Assembly (NCBI RefSeq): GCF_006345805.1
Contig: NC_043007.1
Location: 806,001-870,000, forward strand
Source: Octopus sinensis
Taxonomy: Eukaryota
Reading direction: 5' to 3'
DNA length: 64,000 bases
Part shown: positions 26,457 through 38,140 of the stretch, piece by piece
Position numbering within the stretch: the stretch's first letter is position 1
Layout: each line of letters starts with the position of its first letter
Notes under the pieces: generated by a model
Databases searched by the model: none
Told to the model about the DNA's origin: nothing
What the model saw: only the letters and a program-made list of their open reading frames with translations
Program-made: the position numbers and the translations under genes

Positions 26457-26807
26457 AACTTTCAGAATACCTTTCAGAATACCTTTCAGATGGTGTAGAT
26501 TATGATTGTAGTGGAATGTACACCACCTGAAAGGTATTTGAGAATTTCTTCAAAGAATTATCTGTCTTTCTGAACATTATCAATGAAATAAAGTCGGGAA
26601 GGGCACTCCTGTGTAGGTATACTGAGCGTACTTATATAGAGAATAGTTTAACAGGATATCAAGTGGTTAGCCAAGGTGTTAAGTTTTTGCCTGTCACTAG
26701 TTTTGTGGTTGTAGGTCATCATTATTTTTTATGTCTTCTTTTCTGTGGTGTCATGAGTTGGATGCATTTTTAGAGAGTACTTTACTGCCAGGCGCCCTTC
26801 CTATTAA

Positions 26808-27119
26808 CAGTGGAGGCACATGGCCTAGTGATTAGAGCAGCGGACTCGTGGTTGAGGGATCGTGGGTTCGAATCTCAGACCAGGTGATGTGTGTGTTTAT
26901 GAGCGAAACACCTAAACTCCGCATGGTTCCAGCGGAAGGTAATGGCGAACTTCTCCTGACTCTTTCGCCAGAACTTTCTCTCACTCTTTCCTCCTGCATC
27001 TTGCAGATCACCTGCGACGGACTGGCTTCCCGTCCAGGTGGGGAACCTATATGCCAAGGAAACCGGGAAACTGGCCCTTATGTGCCAGGCTTAGCTCGAG
27101 AAGGAACAAAACAAAACTG
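26808..27119 (+). mobile_element. tRNA-derived SINE with a V-SINE-like segment
   Basis: A-box tggcctagtg, B-box ggttcgaatc, internal cctgcgacggactggcttcccgtccagg and an (AAAAC)n tail. A 3' fragment of the same family lies at about 39350-39430. Confidence 0.8.
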
Positions 27120-28644
27120 TCTCCAGTCACCCCTTGTGACACACACGGAAGCGACATACCTATTTTAACATTCTTGGTACACTGCATCTTTGCATGTTGT
27201 AGGAGGTAATGAAAAGGGCATCTGACTATAAAATATTATCTAAGAAAATCTTTCCAACTCAGAGTAAAATAATTACCTCCCAAAAGTTGTCCTATTCCTA
27301 AATAAGTGTAAGCAATAGCAACTCTGTAAAATGTGTGAGAGTTTGGTCAGGCTACTGTAGTACCTATCATATTTACTGCAGTACAATTTGATCTCAAATA
27401 TGTGGCCTCTGACTTAGGTACTTAAAAAAATCTGATATACCTCATCCTGTTGCTTTTGTCCTATGTGAGTTTAATGCTGCTCGGCTGCACAATTTCGACT
27501 CTAATACTATTGTATTATATTTCTTAATGACATGAGTAAAAATGGTAGTTCCATCCTGTCTCTGAAACCACTGATAATAGGAACGAAAGAAGCTGCTCCG
27601 GGAGACCAATGGTACCTCCACAGCTGGTGTAATTAATCATAACGGCTGGATAATTATGGATTGCTACATGATGTTTCCTCATGTACCATAGTCTTCTTTC
27701 ACATGCTTAACTCATAACATGCTGCAATCCACCACATGTGAGAGTCCACAATGGAAATGTGAATAGCTGTGTAAGGCTGAAGGATTTGTCAGTTCTTAAG
27801 AGGGCATCTTTTATAACAATCTTTTATGGCATAGCTCTGACCAAAGGTAAGATTTGAATCCTTAAGCAGAATTTGAACTCGGAATGTTTAGAGCTGTCAT
27901 CTTATCTGATGTTTGAACATTTTTTGCTCATGGATACCCTTTTGATTTCAATAATACTTGGATGGACCCTCACAGTTATTTGATGCTTAAAGAAATTCCT
28001 GGCACCTTTGCCGGTGATATATAAAAAGCACCCACTACACTCATGGAGTGGTTGGCGTTAGGAAGGGCATCCAGCTGTAGAAACACTGCCAGATCAGACT
28101 GGAGCCTGATGCAGCCTTCTGGCTTCCCAGACCCCGGTCAAACCGTCCAACCCATGCTAGCACGGAAAACAGACGCTAAACGATGATGATGAAATATTAG
28201 GAATTAAAAAAAAGAAAATAAATATTTTGTGTCTTGTCGAAGTATAACCAGTATATGGGACATAAATTTTAACCACAAAATCTTATAAGGACCCCTCAAG
28301 GGCTATATGAACCCCAGTTGAGGACCACTGATCTAACTCTTCCACTAACCCATTGCTATGGATGATAACATGATCGACCCCTGTAAGAACCAATGTCAAA
28401 GTTGACAACCTCTACAGGATTTGAACTTGCATTGTAAAGAGCTAGAACAGACACTGCAAAGCGTTGTCTTTTATGTTATTACAACTCTGCCATTTCACCG
28501 CTTTTGTACAACTCTTATATCCTGTCTGGTCAGATGACCGATTCCACTCTTCCATACCACGATGCCCTGACATTCCATAATGGCCTTCATAGCCTCAACT
28601 TTATCTCCAGTCTTCCACATGTTGATTGATGTTCTTTTATTACT

Positions 28645-28839
28645 TTACTTGTTTCAGTCATTTGGCTGCTGCCATGCTGGAGCACTGCCTTTAGTCGAAC
28701 AAATCACCCCTAGGACTTATTCTTTGTAAGCCTAGCACTTATTCTATGGATCTCTTTTGCTGAATAAGTCCTGGGGTCGATTTGCTCGACTAAAGGTGGT
28801 GCTCCAGCATGGCCACAGTTAAATGACTGAAACAAGTAA
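28645..28839. mobile_element. Fold-back derivative of SINE family A (two 3' ends in inverted orientation)
   Basis: Arms 28645-28722 and 28762-28839 are imperfect reverse complements. Confidence 0.8.
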
Positions 28840-31012
28840 GAGTTGCTTTATCAAATTTACTCACATGGTTTTGGTTAGCCCTGGGCTGTATAATAAAAGA
28901 CATTTGGTCAAGATGCCACATGTATAAAATTGAATCCAAAGCTACATGTGCTTCTCAACCACACAGCCATGCTGACCCCTGTATGTATAGTCATGTTCAG
29001 CTTTATTTGGTTTCCATGGACCATGTCACTGTTGTACAACGGGTACTTCAATGAGACCATCCCTGATGATGATTGTATCTGGCTTGGCTTTTATTAACCC
29101 TGAACCTCATCTGTGTGGTCTTCTTAATGTCTAATTCACCTGAGTCCTCATTATGGCAAAAGAGATGATTAAGCTTTTCTGTTAATTGCAGCATATAAAG
29201 ATTGAAGGCTGGTGTTTACAATTTGACACCTGGACAGAACACTTAATTGTGCTTGTCGTATTTTACCTGTGATGACACTTGAAAGTTTGGAAACTTAAGT
29301 ACTTGCCTGCTGAGTCAGTTTAGCTCAAATACAAACCTCCTTTGTTTCTTAATTCCGGTCAATTTAGAGAGCAAATTTGGATTAAAAGTTAAAACATTCC
29401 TCCTTCGTCTCTGGTTAGTATTGACAGGTTTAAAGGCTTTCTTTATATTTGCAATAATTTCCAAGCTTTCATATTTCATTTCCATTTGGTGAATTATAAG
29501 TTTGCATAAAAGTCTTGGAGAAGAATTCAATAATCGTAAATCACATGGTTGTGTTTTCTACTTTTCATTTTCACTAATATTCATGAATTCTGCTTTCCAG
29601 AGTTTTTTGGTTTTGTGCCTTCCCCACTTTTGGTACTCTTGTCCAACTCTCCCTCTACTCAAGACCCCTTGCTGTGCTCCCTCTCTCCCATCACCAGGCT
29701 CTGCACTAACTGCTACACACAGAACATCAACCCCCCCACCAAGAATCTCTTCCCTGCTCATGTCCTTTCTGCAGGTGTTGACCTGCAAGTTTCACCCTTT
29801 TCATACCAGCCCACCTGAGGCTGCCCCTACTTCTCTGATGCAAATTTTGAGTTTAAAGTGTTCTAAATTAAAACCTTCCATTAATATTTCTCGTGTTAAT
29901 TTGTTTCAAACACCTGCTTAACAAAACCATTTCAACAGACATCTGGTAACCAACGTTATGATGCAGAATTCTATTGGCATCAATCTCTCTGTTTCCTAGG
30001 AAATCCACTCACAAGGCTTTGGTCGGCCCGAGGCTATAGTAGAAGACACTTGCCCAAGGTGCCATGCAGTGGGACTGAACCCAGAACCATGTGGTTGGTA
30101 AGCAAGCTACTTACCACACAGCCACTCCTAAAATTCAACAATTTCATCTTACACTTCTCATCTCATTGGTATTTAGAAAAGTTGTCCATTTGGTTGTATA
30201 TTTTACTTACATCACACTTATATAAAGAACCTTGTAGAAAAGTCATGTACAGAATTTAAACTTTTTAGTACCAACTTGCTTTAAATACAAGCTCGGGTCT
30301 CATATTACCAACTTGAAAAAAAACTCCTTATATTAAAGTGTTCATATTTAATTGTAGTTTTGGTTAAAGTATGAAAATTTAATTAGTTAAAACTTCCATT
30401 GCTGTTTTAATTAAGAATCATTTTAAGCTCTTTGGCTTGGTATATTGTCAAAGTCTGTAGCTGTTTGATGTAAAACTTCTGAATTCTTTGAAGTTTAATG
30501 GAAACATAGCCTGTGTATTCTTGGAAAAGGGTCACAAAATCCTTTATAGGAACAGATCCTATTAACGTTGCCATCATTTTAACATTGATTTTTTTTTTCA
30601 TGCTGGAATAGGCTCAAGAAATTTGTAGGCATCCCTTCAAATGTTTGACCTATTTTCTTCATCCCATAGATCCTTTGGTCTACCTTCCACTCCACTCCAA
30701 CTATTTCTGCTATTTCACACCACTAGGTCATGGTATTTTTCACCATTATATATAGAATATTTGCATGGCATGTCTGTATTTGTTAAGTCAGCTTCCTCGT
30801 GTGTGTGTGTGTGGTGTGGTGTGGTGGTGGGGGTGCATGGCTATGTGGTTAAGAAGCTTGCATTGTCAAGAAATGGTTTCAGGTTCAGTCCTGTTATGAA
30901 GCATCTCGGTCAAGTGTCTTTTTGTACAGCCCCCGAGTGTTCCAAAGCCTTGTGAGTAGTTTTAGTAGTGGCGAAATGAAAGAAGCCCATTTTGTGTGCG
31001 TGCGAATATGTA

Positions 31013-31397
31013 TCTCTGTATATAAAGCTGAAGTTGTCTGTGTGTGGCAGGTTTGGTAGCCTTCAACTAACACTATCTCCTCTGAGACCCTGCGGCGCAA
31101 GTTGACCAAAATTGAGAGTATGATAGAAGAAGGCTTGCTCTTCATTCCGTAGAAGAAAAAAATCGGACCATGTTAACACCAAAAATTATTTACATCAAAA
31201 AGCTGCTTTTTTTCTCTGAAAATCTCTACTTTTTACGATTTTTTGACTGCTGAGTCACCATTTTTTGGTGTATTTCAACCAGAAAAATGTTCACTTAAAG
31301 AGAATAACAAGCTACATAATGCAAAATTTTTACTTTTCAAAAATTCCAATTCTAAAGGGTCGAAACAAACCCGAGCAACACTGGGCGATACTGCTAG
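31013..31397 (+). mobile_element. Non-autonomous Helitron, copy 1
   Basis: A|TC 5' end, cccgag...ctggg subterminal hairpin, CTAG|T 3' end, no TSD. Confidence 0.8.
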
Positions 31398-33759
31398 TGT
31401 ATGTAATGTGGGTGTTGTATCTCCTTGTCTTGGCATCACATGGTAAATGTAGACAATCATCTTCAAAAGCAACTGTTGGTTTGTAATTTTCTGTGAAAGC
31501 ATGTCCAGCCATTGTGCTGCTTATTGTTTAAAAGACTAAAAGAAACATTACTTTGTCTAGAAAGCAGAAGAACTTTTAGCCTTTGAAAATTTGCTCCAAT
31601 AAATCGCATTTGATCCATGCAAGTTATAGGAAAATAGACATACATACACCCAGTGGTTAGGGTTTAGGGTTTTTGTTACACTGAAAACGGGGGGTGTATG
31701 TTTTCTTTACCTCTGTCAATACTCCTAATTTCATGATTAGTTCATCTTGTTTGCATGCGTTGATTGGGTCTTCTTCACCCTCATGCATTTTGCTGCTTGT
31801 TGTGGCCCCTTGCCATCCCCATTATGAAGTTCAATCTCCTTTCTGTCAATTATTCCCATGTCTTTTATGGCATCTCTTGGGCAAACGTATTCTGGTACAA
31901 CCCTGGGTTGACCAATGCCTTGTGAGTGAATTTCCTAGATGGAAACTGTACAAAGCCTATCTTTTTATATATATATATATATATAATGTGTGTGTTTTAA
32001 GAATTTGTAAACTTTTGAGAAAACATAATAATTCCTTTTTGGAACTAGATCTCGAAGCACAAAGCTATAAATATGTAAATATTGGGATGAAAAGCCCTTT
32101 TGGATAGAAACAGCTGTTATGCCTACAAGAGATAGTGGTTCATGTTCCACAGCCTTCAACTTTTCCTATCCAAAAGGGGTTCTAAACCCATGTTTACATT
32201 TTATTTATAGCTTTATTTTTGCCCTCAGGTCCAGTTAAAAAAGAATTCTTAGCATGGCCGTGTAGTAAAAGGTTTACTTCTCAGCCATCTGGTTCCTGGT
32301 TCAGTCCCACCGCGTGGCACCTTGGGCAAGTGTCTTGTGAGTGAATTTGGTTGACGGAAACTGCTTGTGTGTTTTAGTGTGTCTGTTTGTCCCCAATCAC
32401 CTCTTGATAACGAGTATTGATGTGTTCACATCCCTGTAACCTAGTGGCTTGGCAAAAGAGACTGCTTTAAAAAAAAATGTCCTGGGGTCAGTTCATGGCT
32501 GTAGTTGAATACTTGAAGCAAGTAAAACTAAAAGATAAAGATATATATTATATGTGTGTTTGTGTGTTTGCATTTTGTGATTGTGTGAAAAAGACCTCTT
32601 GTGTCAACAAAATGTCCTTTGATGACTGGAATGGAAACGCTTATCTTTCAATCAATTGGTTTAAGCATTTCAGATTTAGCTATATTCTTCCTCTGATCTT
32701 GTGCTAAAATGTGTTGGCCAGTAGTTTATTGTGGTGGTGGTGGTTAGCGTACTGAGGAACGTAAAAGTCACAGATCAAGTTCTCGGTCAATAATCTGGCT
32801 TAGGTTTGTAATAAATCATTAGTGTGACTGCCATATCAGTTTGCAGTTTAGAATTTAATACGTAGTATTGCTATGGAGACAATAGATCCAGATGAACAAA
32901 TAAATATATTAGTTGAATACTATGAGGAATTTAAAAAAAAAAAAAATTGTTCTTTTTTTATGTGATTGCACACACACACACACACACACACACACAATAT
33001 ACATCTGCTCACACAGTAGTTGTGAACTAGTTTGTTTGCTTTACCTTTTATAATATTTTATTATAATACAGCTACCTGCTTGCGGTCATGTGTACTAAAA
33101 TGTCACTGTCTAAATTAAAATCATAAATAAATGTTGTGAGTTTTCAGTTGGTTATGCTGGTCATTAATCTACAATATAAATTGGACATGGGCGATCATTG
33201 TCTTTCTTGTCTTGAGGTTCACAGCCAAACGGCTAGGTGGAGTTGCGTGAAAAATGGCACACATATGGAGTCGGGTGCATAGATTGGAATGCAGTTTGTA
33301 TTTTTTACCTAGACCCCATACTTACCGAGAAAATCGATTAAAACCTTTTCTAATGGATTTCCCCTCTTTCTTTCACCATTAAAACAACCAGTTGCTTAGC
33401 TGTTTTCTGACAGGGTGGGGCCAGGAAATTTTCATACAGCTGGAGGCTCCAATCGAAACAGGGGACCCGAAATAATAAGGTTGAGAAACGGTGTTATAAA
33501 TTATGCCTAATCGAAAACGATCATAACCACATCATCCAAACAGACCAGGTGAAACCAGGGTTAGCTGTTAGTATACTGATAAATAACTGTGGTTGTTTTA
33601 CTAATCTTCTTCATCGCCGCTGTTTCAATGTCTACTTTTCCATGATTGCATGAGTTGGAAAGAATTTTTTGAGGCTGGTTTTTTTTCTATGGCTGGATGT
33701 TCTTCCTGTCACCAACCCTCATCTGTTTTACAGCCGAGGTAACTATTTCTCCATGGCTG

Positions 33760-34023
33760 CAGGTCTGTGGAGTCGTGGAGTTGGAGTCAGAAACAATTAA
33801 GGGGTAGCTGGAGTCAGAGTTGGAGTCAGTAAAACTATATTGACTCTGACTCACAATATCTTTATTCTTTAATATAAACCAGTTATAACATAAAGGCCTA
33901 CTCAAAGTACAAGGGTATGCATATGCTTGCTTTTATGAGATATGTAGACCACAATCACTTGATTACATAAAGAGGAACCGGAATCAGTCAGTCAAAGTTT
34001 TTTGGTTCAACTCCACAGTCCTG
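33760..34023. mobile_element. hAT-type MITE inserted into a SINE
   Basis: 14-bp TIRs caggtctgtggagt / actccacagtcctg (1 mismatch), degenerate 8-bp TSD catggctg / cttggttg, and subterminal GGAGTC repeats. The host SINE resumes at about 34030. Confidence 0.7.
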
Positions 34024-34499
34024 CTTGGTTGGACATGTTTCCATGGAAGACTGGAAACTGTACGATGGCGACGCTCTTTCACAACCTTTACACAATGTAA
34101 AGACAGAGAGGCGCAAACACACAAGTGAGCTGCTTTCATTTTCCATTCATAAAATGCTCTCACTGGGCTTTGGTTGGCCTGAGGCCATAAGACATTTGTC
34201 TGAGGGTACCATGCAGTAGGACTGAACCTGGAACCATGTAGTTGGGAAGCAAACTTCTCAAACACACAACCATACCTGTGCCTTATTGTTAGCCATACCT
34301 AAATGTTGATTCTACTGAAAATTAGCTGAAGTCCATTGGCAGTCTGTCATTAATCATGGAAACGCTAACAACCACGATGCTTCCAACCTGCTTCTGACTT
34401 CCCTTGGTTCTCTGCTATGAACCTGGCCATTTTGAAAAATTCATGTTGCAAACACCAGCTTTGTAATGAAGTTAGTTTTGGATAAATCTTTTATAGCAA

Positions 34500-34890
34500 T
34501 CTCTCTGTATATAAAGCTGAGGTTGTCTGTGTATGGCAGGTTTGGTAGCCTTCAACTAACACTATCTCCTCTGAGACCCTGCGGCACAAGTTGACCAAAA
34601 TTGAGAGAATGATAAAAGAAGGCTTGCTGTTCTTTCTGTAGAAGAAAAAATTCAAATCAGACCATGTTAACACCAAAGATTATTTACATCAAAAAGGTGT
34701 TTTTTTTTCTATGAAAATTCCTATTTTTTACGATTTTTTGACTGCTGTGTCGCCATTTTTCGGTGTATTTTAACCAGAAAAATGTTTAAAGAGAGAATAA
34801 CAAGCTACATAATGCAAAATTTTTACTTTTCAAAAATTCCAATTCTAAAGGGTCGAAACAAACCCGAGCAACGCCGGGCGATACTGCTAG
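34500..34890 (+). mobile_element. Non-autonomous Helitron, copy 2
   Basis: A|TC...cccg-agcaacgc-cggg...CTAG|T. Highly similar to copies 1 and 3. Confidence 0.8.
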
Positions 34891-35794
34891 TTTTATTCTA
34901 AATATGGTTTTAGAACTGTGAAATAAGTATTGTTGTCAGTCTTAAATGAAGGACATTTTTGGGATGTGCAATTGTTCTTGCAAGTGTTGGCCTCATTACA
35001 GAGGCATTGTGCTCTTGAAAATCTTGCTGCAAACATGGGGTTTCATAATGCGAAACTTTTTTCTCACAGAATCGGTGAGAAAATCCACTTTGCATTACAC
35101 AAACCTCTCTTACAGAATCATTTCATTGTTCAGCCTCAAACTTTGTTTCGTCACATTTAATTTACATAATCTTCCCTTTAAACTATCGTTTCAAGAAATA
35201 TTGGGAATTTTACATGCAGCTTTATGCTAATTGAGTTAATTACCTCATCAAGGTAAAATGGTGCAACATCTGCAGCAAGCTAACAACCTATTAACATACT
35301 GAACTGCCAATGTGTGGAGTGGAAAATAAACTAAATGAATACCATTTAGTAATTTTAAGTTAAGTCTTACCCTGCTAATCTATTAACTGTGTAGGTTAGG
35401 AAATTAACCATTTTGATACCAACCAGCCGGTAACTGCTGCTGCTTCTTTGATACAAACCACCTGAAAGTGGTTGTAAATTGAATGAAACCTTCACTCAAA
35501 ATTTCATCTTTAGGCTTCAGTCATGCTGGAGCATCCCTTGAAGGGTTTTAGTTGAATAAATTGACTTCATTATTTAAAAAATAAATTTGTTTTAAAGCCT
35601 GGTGCTTATTCTCTTGGTTTCTGTTGTTGAGCTGCTAAGTTATAGGGATGTAAACAAACCAACACTGATTGTCAAGCAGTGGTGGTGGGGGTAACACAAA
35701 CATGAAGACCCTTCATGAACTTGTAGGTTTTATGCAAAATGCCATGGCTGCATATGCATGACACTCGGGTGTGAAAAGTTAGGGAGAAATGATA

Positions 35795-36026
35795 AGGCGG
35801 CGAGCTGGCAGAAACGTTAGCACGCCGGGCGAAATGCTTAGCGGTATTTCGTCTGTCATTACGTTCTGAGTTCAAATTCTGCCGAGGTCGACTTTACCTT
35901 TCAACCTTCCAGGGTCGATAAATTAAGCACCAGTTATGCAGTGGGGTCGATGTAATCGACTTAATCCCTTTGTCTGTCTTTGTTTGTCCCCTGTATGTTT
36001 AGCCCCTTCTGGGCAATAAAGAAATA
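35795..36026 (+). mobile_element. tRNA-derived SINE family B, monomer
   Basis: aggcggcgagctggcagaaacgttagc head, gagttcaaattc B-box and TSD agaaatgata (35785-35794 / 36027-36036). An antisense copy lies at 38941-39162. Confidence 0.9.
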
Positions 36027-37820
36027 AGAAATGATAGGCGGCACCACCTGTCAGCACTTGTTGTTGTTGGTGGCGGTGACAGCAAATAAGATGTTGATAC
36101 ATAGGTGAAAGGGTGTGCGTTTTAAACTGGACCTTGGTGATCAGCAAAATTGAGTTTGGATTAGGGAGCCCCATCAACGTATTCTGATAGGAAGCCGTTC
36201 ATATGAGAGATGGACGACAGTCTCTTTGAGACTCCCCTTTCATTAAGGTTTGTGATAGCCTAAACTATTGGTCCTTTTTCTTGTTTTTTTTTTTTTTTGG
36301 TTGTAATTATTGAATTACCTGTGAGATGTTTGTTTATTTAATATCTGTTTTCCATGCTAGTATGGCTTAGATGGGAACTGATTTTGAGATAGGATTTTAC
36401 CGATGGATGCTTTCCCTGTTGCCAACCCTCGTTTTACAGGTAAGAGATTTTTTTTTATATATATTCTACAGCTTTTTGAAAGCATAGAGCAACAGCTGGT
36501 CATAATATCAGCAGGAATGTCTATCAGCTCTGCTCTGCTCAAACTGAATCAAACAAAATATCAATATTCCATCTTCCCCATGCTAGCTTGGATTCGATGG
36601 TTTGGCAAAATTCAATGAAACAGAAGACCCATATTGTATCCCTATGTTTCTTGTATCATCTGATTGACCGTATGAGTAACCTGTGTCCTACTTGACCAGA
36701 TATTCTGTCACTGCAACTAATTCTAACAGGCCTGCTACTTTTTTGAGCCATCTTAGCCCTAAATGCCCTGTCTACCATATTGTGGTGGACTTGGATGTTT
36801 TTGCGTGTGTACACCAGTCTTCCTTGCAGTTTCCATCTACCAAATTCACTCACAAGGTATTGGTTGATTTTGGACTAAAGACAGTTGTCCAAGGTGCAGC
36901 GCGGTGAAATTGAACTCAAAACCATTTGGTTGTGAAGCTGATTTCTTAGCCCCATACAGCCGTGCCTCTAACATTTAATATTCCTCTCATTTCAGTGCGT
37001 CACACCATCTCTTCACTTGTCTTAATATTTATCTTTCTTTTTCCTCTGTGTGGGCGTTGGATTTGATCTCGCTGTTCATTCCTCCACATGTGGCTCGTTA
37101 CCTCTTTGTACTTTCAAATTAAAATTTGAGGTAATTATGTAATACGATTTACGTTACAATTGAGATTTCTGTTTCATTCATCCTCCATTTTTTGTTCTAT
37201 TTTAGAGTGGGTGGGCACTAGAATGGCTTCCATCATTTCCACTGCTGTTTTTCATTTTCATTATTGAAACCTAATTTTCTATGGGAAATCTAATCTACCT
37301 TTGTTTGTTTTATACCTTATTTTCCATTTATTGTTATCTCGTGGTGCGATATTTTCATTCCATAGACATTGCTATTTATCACCATTCCATCTTTGCCGAT
37401 GCTGTTTTCAAATATTGTCTTTTGGCGCTTTCTTCTGTTCGCTTTCCAAATGCATATTGCACATTCAGCAATTATTCGGCTCTTCTTAATTTCTCTTCAC
37501 ATTCTCATCATTGTTTTACGTCTGCTTTTCATTGCTTGTATGGGTTGGAGGACCACGTGTTTCAGTTTCATTTTTGGCAGCTTGGTTGGGAATTTGAACA
37601 AAGGTCACTGATTTCTGGTTCATGTGGAGTGTAGAGCATAAACATTCATGAAGATACACACGAACACCATCATAATCATCATACCTGTCCGCTCTCCACC
37701 TTGGCATGGACTAGATGGTTTACGACAGTTGTAGTCTGCACATATTTGGGAGTATTACTCATCTGGATGGGTCAAAAGACTGCAAAATATACACACACAA
37801 TACGTGTGTATGTATATATA

Positions 37821-37858
<38 letters not shown>

Positions 37859-37863
<5 letters not shown>

Positions 37864-38140
37864 TCATCATTGTTCGACCGTAGTCGAGACAATGGAATTT
37901 ACTATGTTACACCGGACTTCACGATCCATCATAGCATTACGGAGGTCCTGTTGCTGGATGCCTGTATCGCTGGAGATTACATCAGGGTAGGAGAGTAAGC
38001 GCCCTCTGGTATTGCGAGCGGATGGTTTCCAGAGGAGAAAAGTAGAAATTATCTCGTTTTCAGCTCTACAACAATGTCCAGCAAACTGGACTCTTCTACC
38101 TTTCACAAGAGATATGGTAATTTCCCATATATTTGTACTT
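37859..38140 (-). mobile_element. 5'-truncated RTE/RTE-X-like LINE, ORF2 C-terminus with (TGA)n tail
   Basis: RRVQFAGHCCRAENEIISTFLLWKPSARNTRGRLLSYPDVISSDTG...AMMDRE matches the LRFAGH...LLWxP...GRP...MxDR pattern of RTE-group C-termini. Confidence 0.8.

Noticed and set aside
26808-26885. Possible tRNA gene
   Set aside because: The acceptor stem does not close and the sequence continues into a SINE body and tail. No intact tRNA gene was seen in the window.
27760-27852. Exon-like stretch ending aag|GTAAGA
   Set aside because: No acceptor, and adjacent sequence resembles a decayed SINE (gaatttgaactc).
32615-32700. Possible C/D snoRNA (TGATGA...CTGA)
   Set aside because: No terminal stem, no clear C'/D' boxes and no recognisable rRNA guide.
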